From an uncultured virus (IMG/VR IMGVR_UViG_3300037963_003836) (taxonomy: Duplodnaviria; Heunggongvirae; Uroviricota; Caudoviricetes): 20,000 nt of DNA. Below are positions 7,680-15,142 of the stretch, piece after piece; position 1 is the first letter of the stretch, and each line of letters begins with the position of its first letter. Made by a program: the position numbers and the translations under genes. Where the stretch lies: IMG/VR virus record IMGVR_UViG_3300037963_003836; one strand, 5' to 3'. Under the pieces are notes generated by a model. The model was not told the origin of the DNA, searched no databases, and was given only the letters and a program-made list of their open reading frames with translations.

Positions 7680-7713
7680 TATAAATATACAAAAAATTTA
7701 TGAGAATTCCAAA
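7680..7713 (-). promoter_or_regulatory. Promoter TTTGGAATT-N15-TATATTTATA
   Basis: Same upstream box and N15 spacing as the 72-bp repeats; resembles the Bacteroidota -33 TTTG / -7 TAnnTTTG layout. Confidence 0.6.
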
Positions 7714-7714
7714 T

Positions 7715-8797
7715 TTATTTTAATCTTGCTCTAAAAGGAATGTCGTTTTCTCTCCAAAACGCATTTAACATACTATGGAAGTTCTTGATAAGTTTTATTG
7801 CTTCTTTTTTCTTTTGAGGTGTATGTGTATCTAATCTTCCCTGTGGAATGATTCCTTTTGTAAACTGACTGATTTTGAAGATACCAATCTCGTTTATCTC
7901 TTCACCTTCTTTTTGGTAAGTATTTCTACCATGTAAACATCTACCATCTAATGTTACAGGGCCTGGACATTTGTTTCCAAGATTGTCATAGTTGATTTCT
8001 TTGACTTGAGTGATTCTATTAGTTTTCTTGTATGTGTCTTTGTCAAATATCAAATTGTCATCTACCATCAAAACCATTAACGCTCTACCAAATTTCTTTT
8101 TATCTTTTATAGAAGTAAAGTTTGGTGCACTTTTTGTTGCCCATTTATACCACAACGCTGATAATATTAAAAACATTTTAGTCGAATCACCTTTTTGTTT
8201 CAACATCATGTTCTTGACCTTTTTCCTGTTCTTGTACACCCATTTTTTGAAATCCATGTATACGAACTCATTTGGAGTGTCCATAGGTATTGGTCTTTGT
8301 TCATTTATTGATTCATCTTGTGGCATATCTTCAGGGAACTCTACTTCTACAGATTCTTTTACGATTCTAAAGTTGACTACTTTCCTACCATTGATTGTTG
8401 GCATACCATAATCGTCCTTACCGATTGATTTAACGGTAGTTCTTTTGTTTTTGAACCTACCTGTCAAAATCGTATCCCCAACCTTTATAGGTAATACTAT
8501 GTTCTCGTTCATTTTTTTAGTCTTCTTTTTCATCATATTTATGAATTTTCTATATTCACCTGCTGCTGACACTTTACCAGCTGCTTTCGCTCTTTGTTCC
8601 ATTGCGATAGCAGCTTGTATTTTATGTGCGTGACTTTTACCACTTGACCTTATTTTATTTACAGAGGCCGCTGCGTCTTTTTGAGTAGCAAACTTTAATC
8701 CATGAATTGTACCTTTTGGATTTTCATCCGTATACAAATCTGAATGAGAGGATGACCCTCTATGTTGTCCTTTTTTTCTTGCTACTCTGTCACTCAT
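7715..8797 (-). CDS. Multi-module hypothetical protein (putative virion-internal polyprotein)
   Basis: Basic DLYTDENPKGTIHGL module, KOW/SH3-like IKVGDTILTGRFKNK module and further segments, separated by MNE/VKE/INE motifs. Confidence 0.65.
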   Translation of the reverse strand: MSDRVARKKGQHRGSSSHSDLYTDENPKGTIHGLKFATQKDAAASVNKIRSSGKSHAHKIQAAIAMEQRAKAAGKVSAAGEYRKFINMMKKKTKKMNENIVLPIKVGDTILTGRFKNKRTTVKSIGKDDYGMPTINGRKVVNFRIVKESVEVEFPEDMPQDESINEQRPIPMDTPNEFVYMDFKKWVYKNRKKVKNMMLKQKGDSTKMFLILSALWYKWATKSAPNFTSIKDKKKFGRALMVLMVDDNLIFDKDTYKKTNRITQVKEINYDNLGNKCPGPVTLDGRCLHGRNTYQKEGEEINEIGIFKISQFTKGIIPQGRLDTHTPQKKKEAIKLIKNFHSMLNAFWRENDIPFRARLK

Positions 8798-8800
8798 TTT

Positions 8801-9163
8801 TTATTTTTTAGTTGTGTTTTGAAACTTAAACTTCTCACCTGTAATAGATAACTTATCTATAACTTCAGTTTGAATGTCTCTCAATAGTTTCTCTAACTTG
8901 TCTTTTTCGACAACCATTGCAGATACTTTGTCTTCCAACGCTTCATTCTTCGCTTTTAACGCTTCTACCTCTTCAGGATTCTTACCTATAAAAGTGTAGA
9001 TAACAACTGATAATGAACCAACTAACATACCGACAATTACTTTGAATATATCGTTATTAGTTTCAGGTATCTCAAAAAATGCTAAAAACAATAAAAGTCC
9101 CATCACAAGTATGAATACTGTGGCTGCTCCTATATATCCTCTTAACTCTTTATCCTTAAACAT
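8801..9163 (-). CDS. 2-TM membrane protein with C-terminal coiled coil (holin-like)
   Basis: TM1 YIGAATVFILVMGLLLFLAFF, loop IPETNND, TM2 IFKVIVGMLVGSLSVVIYTFIG, then heptads. Confidence 0.55.
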   Translation of the reverse strand: MFKDKELRGYIGAATVFILVMGLLLFLAFFEIPETNNDIFKVIVGMLVGSLSVVIYTFIGKNPEEVEALKAKNEALEDKVSAMVVEKDKLEKLLRDIQTEVIDKLSITGEKFKFQNTTKK

Positions 9164-9186
9164 ATCTCCTCTTTCCTTTTTATTGA

Positions 9187-9567
9187 TTATTTGATTTTCT
9201 TTAAAATAGGTTCTATATCTAGCGCAATTGCATATTGGTCAAGATGTCTGTATTCAATGGGAACAAATGTTTGTTTTGTTTTCTTCGATGCGAACTCTGC
9301 TAATTGTTTACAAATATCATCTTTTGATATACTACCTAAAGTATCAATCTTATCTAAATCTTTTGAACTTGCAGGAATACAGGTTAAAGTTGGACCTTTA
9401 CCTAAGAAATCAGGTTTTGAATAATTAAATCTAAACTCAACTTGTTGAGATGGTAATTTGGCATCTTTTGCATTTGATTGAAGTACAACTTTTGCTTTTC
9501 CATAAAAGTGTACCATCTCATTTAGTGATTTCTTTCCTTCGTTCAATATTTCTTTTAATTTTATCAT
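9187..9567 (-). CDS. Hypothetical protein with MIKLKEILNE leader
   Basis: N-terminus MIKLKEILNE-GKKSLNE. Confidence 0.65.
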   Translation of the reverse strand: MIKLKEILNEGKKSLNEMVHFYGKAKVVLQSNAKDAKLPSQQVEFRFNYSKPDFLGKGPTLTCIPASSKDLDKIDTLGSISKDDICKQLAEFASKKTKQTFVPIEYRHLDQYAIALDIEPILKKIK

Positions 9568-9731
9568 AATTTTATACTACTAAATATCGCGTAAGTTATC
9601 AATCCAAATAAAACACCATTTAATACATTTTCATGATGTTCTTGTTCTGTTACGGGTGACATTGGTTTAGTCACACCACAACCAAACATTAGTATTGAAC
9701 TTAACGATAATGCTATCATTTTCTTTCTCAT
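9564..9731 (-). CDS. Small putative lipoprotein with hydrophobic C-terminus, 55 aa
   Basis: Not in ORF track: MRKKMIALSLSSILMFGC-GVTKPMSPVTEQEHHENVLNGVLFGLITYAIFSSIKL*. It overlaps both neighbours (TGATG and ATGA). Confidence 0.65.
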   Translation of the reverse strand: MRKKMIALSLSSILMFGCGVTKPMSPVTEQEHHENVLNGVLFGLITYAIFSSIKL

Positions 9732-10063
9732 CATTTACCCATTTTAGCATTCTCGATTTCTAATTCTTTTACTGTTTTTCTTAGTTCGTCTACTTCTTTT
9801 TGTAAGTATTCGATTCTAAGGTCTTGTTTTGCGTCATCAGGTAATGCACCCATCTCACCTCGTGGCCACTTTACTCTGAACTCGTGATTTAATTCAACAT
9901 CATCTTGCATTCTAATTACATCTAATTGTAATTGAGAAATCTCTGCTGTTAAACTAAACCAAACACCTGCGATAGAGATGATACCTAATACCATCCCTAT
10001 CAATGCTTTAATGTCTAATTGTACCTTAGACTTTTCACCTAATACATTTTCCTGTTCTTCCAT
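9731..10063 (-). CDS. N-terminal TM plus coiled-coil protein
   Basis: KVQLDIKALIGMVLGIISIAGVWFSL TM segment, then heptads; TAAGGAG upstream; N-terminus similar to 11865-12152. Confidence 0.7.
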   Translation of the reverse strand: MEEQENVLGEKSKVQLDIKALIGMVLGIISIAGVWFSLTAEISQLQLDVIRMQDDVELNHEFRVKWPRGEMGALPDDAKQDLRIEYLQKEVDELRKTVKELEIENAKMGK

Positions 10064-10073
10064 CTGTTACTCC

Positions 10074-10616
10074 TTAATCTAATAAGTAACCATAAGGTGT
10101 TGCGTTTATATCCAATCCAATTGGATAGTTTTCTAATCTTAAATCCACAGTCATATTTCTTTGAATATATGGATTGTAAAATTCACCTTCGGCGTCTAAA
10201 CAAATTAGTCCGTCATGTACATCCATGACTTGAACATTATTCCAAACAACATATTCTTGGTCGCCTGGAATCTCAACTCCTGCATATTTGTTATCAGGGT
10301 TTTCCCAAGTATAGGTTCCAATGTCTAACAACGCTCCATTATCGTCACCGTCTGAATCTAAGACGTATAATGCAAAGTGTTGTCTGTCCAATCTTGGTTC
10401 TCCATCATCTACTTGTAGATAAAGGATAAATATCTTTTTGATAATATCACCATCGTATTTTACACCACCAAATGATTTGATTTGTGCGTATCTTTCATTT
10501 GGGTCAAAAGACTCACCGTCAAGTGAAATCTCTAATACAGGTTCTAATATCTCTTCCTTTTCACAGGAAATAAATAAAAATGACAAAACACTTAAAAATA
10601 CTAATAATTTTTTCAT
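10074..10616 (-). CDS. Lipoprotein, probably surface-exposed
   Basis: SPII signal MKKLLVFLSVLSFLFIS-C followed by EKEE (like the Bacteroidota lipoprotein export signal); acidic, beta-rich mature part. Confidence 0.75.
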   Translation of the reverse strand: MKKLLVFLSVLSFLFISCEKEEILEPVLEISLDGESFDPNERYAQIKSFGGVKYDGDIIKKIFILYLQVDDGEPRLDRQHFALYVLDSDGDDNGALLDIGTYTWENPDNKYAGVEIPGDQEYVVWNNVQVMDVHDGLICLDAEGEFYNPYIQRNMTVDLRLENYPIGLDINATPYGYLLD

Positions 10617-10633
10617 ACTAATTTCTCCTACGA

Positions 10634-10642
10634 TATAAATAT
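10634..10642 (-). promoter_or_regulatory. ATATTTATA motif
   Basis: Upstream of TAGGAG and the ATG at 10616. Confidence 0.5.
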
Positions 10643-11289
10643 CATAACCTTTTCATTTTCTTTAGATAATCATACATTGAATATCCTAACTTCATACCGA
10701 ACTTTGAATCGGTTTCGTAATGTGCTCTTCCTATATTTCTACTTCTTGAAATATCTCTACCCAAACTCATAAAATTATACTCGTGGTCAGGGTACATATC
10801 TGACATTACTTTCGCTATAAGTATTCCCTGACAGGAATGACCACTTGGATACGATGGAGTGTTCATTGACTCCATGTACGCCTCTTTTCCAATATCTATG
10901 TTTACTAACGGATGGTCAGCAACCTGATATGGTCTTGGTCTATTATAGTGAATCTTTAGTGTTCTTGTGAATATTCTACTGTCTTCTAATAGTTGGTCTA
11001 CCAAGGATTCGGGAAAATCTAATCCTTGTATATCGCAGTAGTTTTTAAATACTTTAGAGATGTCATCCATCTCTTTTACAAAATCTATATCGTGAGGAAG
11101 GTCACTTAACTTCCTTAATTCTATCTTTACTTTTGATGAATCATTCTGAGGTGGTGGGTTACCTTTGAAATACTCAATAGGGAATCCTTGAAGAAGGTTT
11201 GGTTTTTGTCTAATGACTTTTATATCCTTCTCTCTTGGTTCGTCCATGAATCTCATGGATTTTAAACTGAGTATATCACTTAATTTCAT
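10642..11289 (-). CDS. PAP2 / acid phosphatase-haloperoxidase superfamily protein
   Basis: KIHYNRPRP (KxxxxxxRP), PSYPSGH, SRNIGRAHYETD (SRxxxxxHxxxD). Confidence 0.85.
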   Translation of the reverse strand: MKLSDILSLKSMRFMDEPREKDIKVIRQKPNLLQGFPIEYFKGNPPPQNDSSKVKIELRKLSDLPHDIDFVKEMDDISKVFKNYCDIQGLDFPESLVDQLLEDSRIFTRTLKIHYNRPRPYQVADHPLVNIDIGKEAYMESMNTPSYPSGHSCQGILIAKVMSDMYPDHEYNFMSLGRDISRSRNIGRAHYETDSKFGMKLGYSMYDYLKKMKRL

Positions 11290-11429
11290 CTCCCTTGGCC
11301 TCTATATGGTTTTTTATAGTGTTTACTATGTTTACTCCTTGACGTTTTTGTCTTAGAGTGAATTCCAGGGCGCTTCTTTCTTGGTTTATCGTAATAAGTT
11401 GAAGACCCTAATCCTTGTCTCTTTGCCAT
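11286..11429 (-). CDS. Small, highly basic protein ending YRGQGR, 47 aa
   Basis: Not in ORF track: MAKRQGLGSSTYYDKPRKKRPGIHSKTKTSRSKHSKHYKKPYRGQGR*. ATGA overlap with PAP2; the YRGQG end is familiar from large-phage hypothetical proteins. Confidence 0.75.
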   Translation of the reverse strand: MAKRQGLGSSTYYDKPRKKRPGIHSKTKTSRSKHSKHYKKPYRGQGR

Positions 11430-11446
11430 CTGTTAATACAACCTTT

Positions 11447-11851
11447 CTAAAACTGTGAAGCGGACTTGAGTTCATCGATGTGTTCTTGTAACTCTTGTAA
11501 GTCAACAGGACATTCTAAATCTAATCCTGCTTTATACACTTCTTCTTTTATACCGTCTTTGAATACTATAATGGTCGGTGCCATTCGTATTCTATATTCT
11601 TTTTTCATGTTTGGTGCATTTGCAATATCAATTCTGTAGTAGTGAGTTATTCCTTCAACTTTATCCCAATCTTGGAATGCGTTCTGTTCATTAAACTTTG
11701 CCCAAAACTCAACTACAACGATTGACATCTCATCGTCACCAAATGCGGACTTTTCGTGAATCTTATCTTCCATGTTGGAATCTGTTATCCAATCTTGTCC
11801 AAATGAGTTACCACTAATAAGTAACATCACTAAAAATAACAATTTTTTCAT
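11447..11851 (-). CDS. Secreted thioredoxin-fold protein lacking CxxC
   Basis: Signal peptide MKKLLFLVMLLISGNSFG|Q; IVVVEFWAKFN in place of WCxPC; RIRMAPTIIVFKDG cis-Pro loop. Confidence 0.75.
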   Translation of the reverse strand: MKKLLFLVMLLISGNSFGQDWITDSNMEDKIHEKSAFGDDEMSIVVVEFWAKFNEQNAFQDWDKVEGITHYYRIDIANAPNMKKEYRIRMAPTIIVFKDGIKEEVYKAGLDLECPVDLQELQEHIDELKSASQF

Positions 11852-11864
11852 ACTGAAACCTGTT

Positions 11865-12152
11865 TTATCTACGACTTTGTTGTAATTCGTAGAGTCGTTC
11901 ATCAATTTTATCAAGTTTATCCTTGATATCGTCTACATCGTCTTGAGTATCTAAAATTGTCTGGCGAATTAATTCGTCCTTTAAATCATACTCAGTCCTA
12001 TCAATCACAGGCGCGGGTAGTTCTTTCGCTTCTTGGATGTCACCTTGAAGAGTAAACCACATTCCGACAACCGTTGCTACAAAAAACAGAATTACCCCGA
12101 TTGTTTTTAAATCGAGGGTAATTTTAGTTTCTTCTGATACCTGCTTTGCCAT
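11865..12152 (-). CDS. N-terminal TM plus coiled-coil protein
   Basis: KITLDLKTIGVILFFVATVVGMWFTL TM segment; C-terminal heptads DVDDIKDKLDKIDERLYEL. Confidence 0.7.
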   Translation of the reverse strand: MAKQVSEETKITLDLKTIGVILFFVATVVGMWFTLQGDIQEAKELPAPVIDRTEYDLKDELIRQTILDTQDDVDDIKDKLDKIDERLYELQQSRR

Positions 12153-12171
12153 AACAAATCTCTCTTATATC

Positions 12172-13419
12172 TTATCTGAATGTATAGTTTATACCAAATG
12201 TTGTAATGAAAAATTTAGAATCCCACATTTGAGTATATTCACCTTCTGCGAATAACCCGATTGATTTTCCGATTTTCCATCCAAAGTTTGCACCTGCTTG
12301 ATAATCCCACCACTGCTCACCTTTTGCTGCGTCTGCTAATCCATATTGGTCCCAATCGTTTCTGTATAGGTAAGATAGAGGAACTCTTCCTTGTTCATCT
12401 GTATCACCCATTACATACTTGTGATATGGTAAAAATGCTGAACCGTATAGGTGTAACCAAAAGTTTGACTTGTAGTGGTAGAAATCGAAACCGACAACTG
12501 GCGATAACAATCCAAATTCTGCAGTGTTACCTAATATTTCTTGATTATATCTTGAAATTAGTTGTTTGTAAGGTCCGTCTCTAAATTGTAAATCCGAAGA
12601 AGCGACTCTTCTTCCTTCAGGGTCCCACCAAAAATAACCACCTATGTTTTGTGTTTCACCTGTAATTGGATTATCAATAGTTGTAGTATAATATGCGTCT
12701 TGATATCCATACTCGTATGCTAATTCATACCAATAATTTTGTTGTGTACCATCATCATTTAAAGCACTAACCCAAATTTCATATGGATTAACACCATAAA
12801 CTCTTTCGTGAGTTCTAAATGCTGCTCCCGCTGATATAGAGAACTTTTTACCGATTGGTAATCTTCCTCTTACTTCTGCTGCACTATAGTTAAAGTCAAA
12901 TGCACCTTGATATCTTTGTTCAAGTTTTACAATATGGTATTTACCTGTATGTCTAAGGAAGTATCTTAGGTTTTCCCACTCTTCACCTCTTCTTCGTTCC
13001 TTCTCAAAGTGGAATAAGTATTCCCAACCTTGAACTGCTGAAGTTGGTGCGATTAGTGCGTTTTGTCTTTCTAAGTTTTGGTCACCTGTCCAAAAGTTAC
13101 CTGGCTTTCTTTCGTATCCAAAACGACCTAATTTACGAATACCAAATCCGATTCTGTAATCTGATGGGAAGTATTCCGTAACGTCTACTACTTCAGGTAC
13201 ATCATAAATACCTGCTCCATCGGGAGTTCTAATTAGGTATTTTTTATCCGAACTTTCGTAAGGTGCTCTATAATCACCTGCTCCATATACTGTTGCGTAT
13301 TTGAAGAAGTTATCATAGAATTGTTTAAATACATTGTCTTTTTTCTTTTCGTCTTGTGCATTGACACCCATTGGTACAATCATCAAGATAATCATCAAAA
13401 TTGATAATAAATTTTTCAT
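12172..13419 (-). CDS. Putative outer-membrane beta-barrel protein
   Basis: Sec signal ...PMGVNA|Q; about 12 amphipathic aromatic strands (DYRIGFGIRK, FSISAGAAFR, VVGFDFYHY, YQAGANFGWK, IGLFAEGEY); C-terminal beta-signal-like TFGINYTFR. Confidence 0.7.
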   Translation of the reverse strand: MKNLLSILMIILMIVPMGVNAQDEKKKDNVFKQFYDNFFKYATVYGAGDYRAPYESSDKKYLIRTPDGAGIYDVPEVVDVTEYFPSDYRIGFGIRKLGRFGYERKPGNFWTGDQNLERQNALIAPTSAVQGWEYLFHFEKERRRGEEWENLRYFLRHTGKYHIVKLEQRYQGAFDFNYSAAEVRGRLPIGKKFSISAGAAFRTHERVYGVNPYEIWVSALNDDGTQQNYWYELAYEYGYQDAYYTTTIDNPITGETQNIGGYFWWDPEGRRVASSDLQFRDGPYKQLISRYNQEILGNTAEFGLLSPVVGFDFYHYKSNFWLHLYGSAFLPYHKYVMGDTDEQGRVPLSYLYRNDWDQYGLADAAKGEQWWDYQAGANFGWKIGKSIGLFAEGEYTQMWDSKFFITTFGINYTFR

Positions 13420-13436
13420 TTGGTCTTAATCCTTCT

Positions 13437-13685
13437 CTACTTTTTTGCGAACTTCTCTAACCCGGCGATACCAAAACAACCTAATGTTACAAATACAAAA
13501 GAATTGTATATGAACTCATTGATTACTAAGTCTTTTCCAAAGTAACCTGTTGCAAGGTCAAAGAATGCGAATAACGTCATCACTGCGAACGACATGAATC
13601 CAATTACGTTTTTTTCGTTGATATCATTGTCATCTTTAAAAATGTCTTTAAATGCCATCCATTTTCTCCTAATATAGTTTATCAT
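13437..13685 (-). CDS. 2-TM membrane protein, putative holin
   Basis: Two hydrophobic helices, basic C-terminus, immediately downstream of the endolysin. Confidence 0.55.
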   Translation of the reverse strand: MINYIRRKWMAFKDIFKDDNDINEKNVIGFMSFAVMTLFAFFDLATGYFGKDLVINEFIYNSFVFVTLGCFGIAGLEKFAKK

Positions 13686-13716
13686 AGTATAACCTTTTTC
13701 TAAAACTTGTTACTAA

Positions 13717-13725
13717 TATAAATAG
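13717..13725 (-). promoter_or_regulatory. CTATTTATA motif
   Basis: Intergenic, upstream of the putative holin and envelope cassette. Confidence 0.45.
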
Positions 13726-13734
13726 TCTGTAAAT

Positions 13735-14616
13735 CTACAAACTAATTAACATATCCAATAATTCCTCTTGCGGGAACATATCGAACTTATCTTTACGAGT
13801 ATTGGTATGTGTCCATAGTCCTTTTACTCGTCCATAGTATGCGTCTTCATTAAATTCAAATGCGTCTGCACCTTTTTCTTTTATTAACTCAGGTAAACCT
13901 TTTCTTACATCAATTCCATCTCTCTCTGCGATGTACAGAATCCAAAGTCTTAAAGACTCAATTTGTTTATCTGAGTATCTATGCCACACATCAAATCCTC
14001 TAAATGGTTTGTCTAACTTTACAAGTTGGTCTTCTGCTGCTGTTGTACCCGCATATGTCTTACCATTCTTAATCCAACCAAAGTTACAAACTTCAACACC
14101 TACAGAATGAGTATGCATATGTTGTGACCCATTCTTACCTAAGTGCCATCCGTAGTGACCGTCAGGAAACGCCTGAACCATCTCACCATCATGTGTATCA
14201 TTATTACCTTTAATAGATGGTCCACCTAATACAAACTCTGTACAAACTGCACCTCTACTATCTCGTCCCCAATTATCTATACAGTTGTAAGGATTCTGCC
14301 ATCCTGCTGTATGATGTATGAAACAATATTCTTTTTTTGTAATTCCACTTTTGTATTCACCTTCAGGTAAAAAGTGTCTGTGTATTACTAATCCATTTTC
14401 CGTTGTGTACGTCTTCTCTGAATTATCAGTAGTAGCAAGACCCATACAATCCCAAGTGGCAGGACCCACAATACCATCAGCACCCAAACCGTTGACTTTT
14501 TGGAACTCTTTAACTGCTGCTGCAGTTCCTTTACCAAAGATTCCATCTGCTCCAATACCGAGGAATTCTTGTAATTCTTTAACTTCATTACCTCTTGAAC
14601 CTATTTTTAGTAACAT
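13735..14616 (-). CDS. Endolysin: peptidoglycan-binding domain plus N-acetylmuramoyl-L-alanine amidase (Amidase_2-like)
   Basis: LKIGSRGNEVKELQ..L...ADGIFGKGT..AVKEFQ...GLGADGIVGPATW; IHHTAG, WHLG, SVGVEVCN, HTNTRKDKFD. Start set at MLLKIG (14616). Confidence 0.9.
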   Translation of the reverse strand: MLLKIGSRGNEVKELQEFLGIGADGIFGKGTAAAVKEFQKVNGLGADGIVGPATWDCMGLATTDNSEKTYTTENGLVIHRHFLPEGEYKSGITKKEYCFIHHTAGWQNPYNCIDNWGRDSRGAVCTEFVLGGPSIKGNNDTHDGEMVQAFPDGHYGWHLGKNGSQHMHTHSVGVEVCNFGWIKNGKTYAGTTAAEDQLVKLDKPFRGFDVWHRYSDKQIESLRLWILYIAERDGIDVRKGLPELIKEKGADAFEFNEDAYYGRVKGLWTHTNTRKDKFDMFPQEELLDMLISL

Positions 14617-14617
14617 T

Positions 14618-14938
14618 CTATTTCCTTTTTTTACGACCTGCACAATGTGCTTTCTGAGAAAACCCTTTTGGATTGTTACAGTCGATTGATTTTTTATACT
14701 TATCTGACCAAGTCTCATCAATCTTTTTGATGAGTTCTTCTAACTGTTTATACAAGGATTCTTTTTTACTTGGAAGTCCTTTATGTTTAGTTGAAGCGTA
14801 TTTTTTAATATCTGCTTTGGACATTCTTTTCGCCGTATCTCTAACATCTTTAGAAACATCTGATGGTTTTACATCACCTTTTTTCAAGGCGTATACAAGA
14901 CCCATGTACTTTTGTTGTTGTTTACTTGTTGACGGCAT
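14618..14938 (-). CDS. DUF3008-like basic protein fused to a WSxKYKKSIDC...HC module
   Basis: MPSTSKQQQKYMG...KKG...YASTKHKGLP (DUF3008-like), then IDE|TWSDKYKKSIDCNNPKGFSQKAHCAGRKK; TAAGGAG RBS. Confidence 0.65.
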   Translation of the reverse strand: MPSTSKQQQKYMGLVYALKKGDVKPSDVSKDVRDTAKRMSKADIKKYASTKHKGLPSKKESLYKQLEELIKKIDETWSDKYKKSIDCNNPKGFSQKAHCAGRKKRK

Positions 14939-14950
14939 AAAATCTCCTTA

Positions 14951-15142
14951 CTAATAAATATGGACAAATTCTAAAGGAATGGTCCATTTAGTACCAAAAG
15001 GGTCATTAACGTCTACTTCGCCCTTTTGTTCGTTGAGTGATATAAGAGTCACTTTCTCTCCCTCTACGAGACTCCCCCTGAAATTCGAGAAAGTCTTTGT
15101 CATTATTATTTTTTTTCCTACGTTTTCTTTTAATGTTTTCAT
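14951..15142 (-). CDS. Small hypothetical protein (SH3-like beta pattern)
   Basis: MKTLKENVGKKIIMTKTFSNFRGSLVEGEKVTLISLNEQKGEVDVNDPFGTKWTIPLEFV; overlaps 15006-15206 in another frame. Confidence 0.55.
   Translation of the reverse strand: MKTLKENVGKKIIMTKTFSNFRGSLVEGEKVTLISLNEQKGEVDVNDPFGTKWTIPLEFVHIY
14953..14961 (-). promoter_or_regulatory. ATATTTATT motif
   Basis: Upstream of TAAGGAG and the ATG at 14938. Confidence 0.45.

Noticed and set aside
9572..9610. TTTGGATT...GATATTTAGTAG resembling the duplicated promoter
   Set aside because: Spacing differs by 4 nt and it lies inside the 9564-9731 coding sequence; probably coincidental
14388..14588. Nested minus-strand ORF inside the endolysin with a hydrophobic stretch (embedded spanin or holin?)
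   Set aside because: No lipobox or clear RBS; the hydrophobicity is explained by the shifted frame of Gly/Ala-rich codons. It cannot be fully excluded.
14617..14721. 35-aa N-terminal extension of the endolysin given in the ORF track
   Set aside because: It overlaps the upstream gene's Cys module, and the PG-binding domain starts cleanly at MLLKIG (14616)
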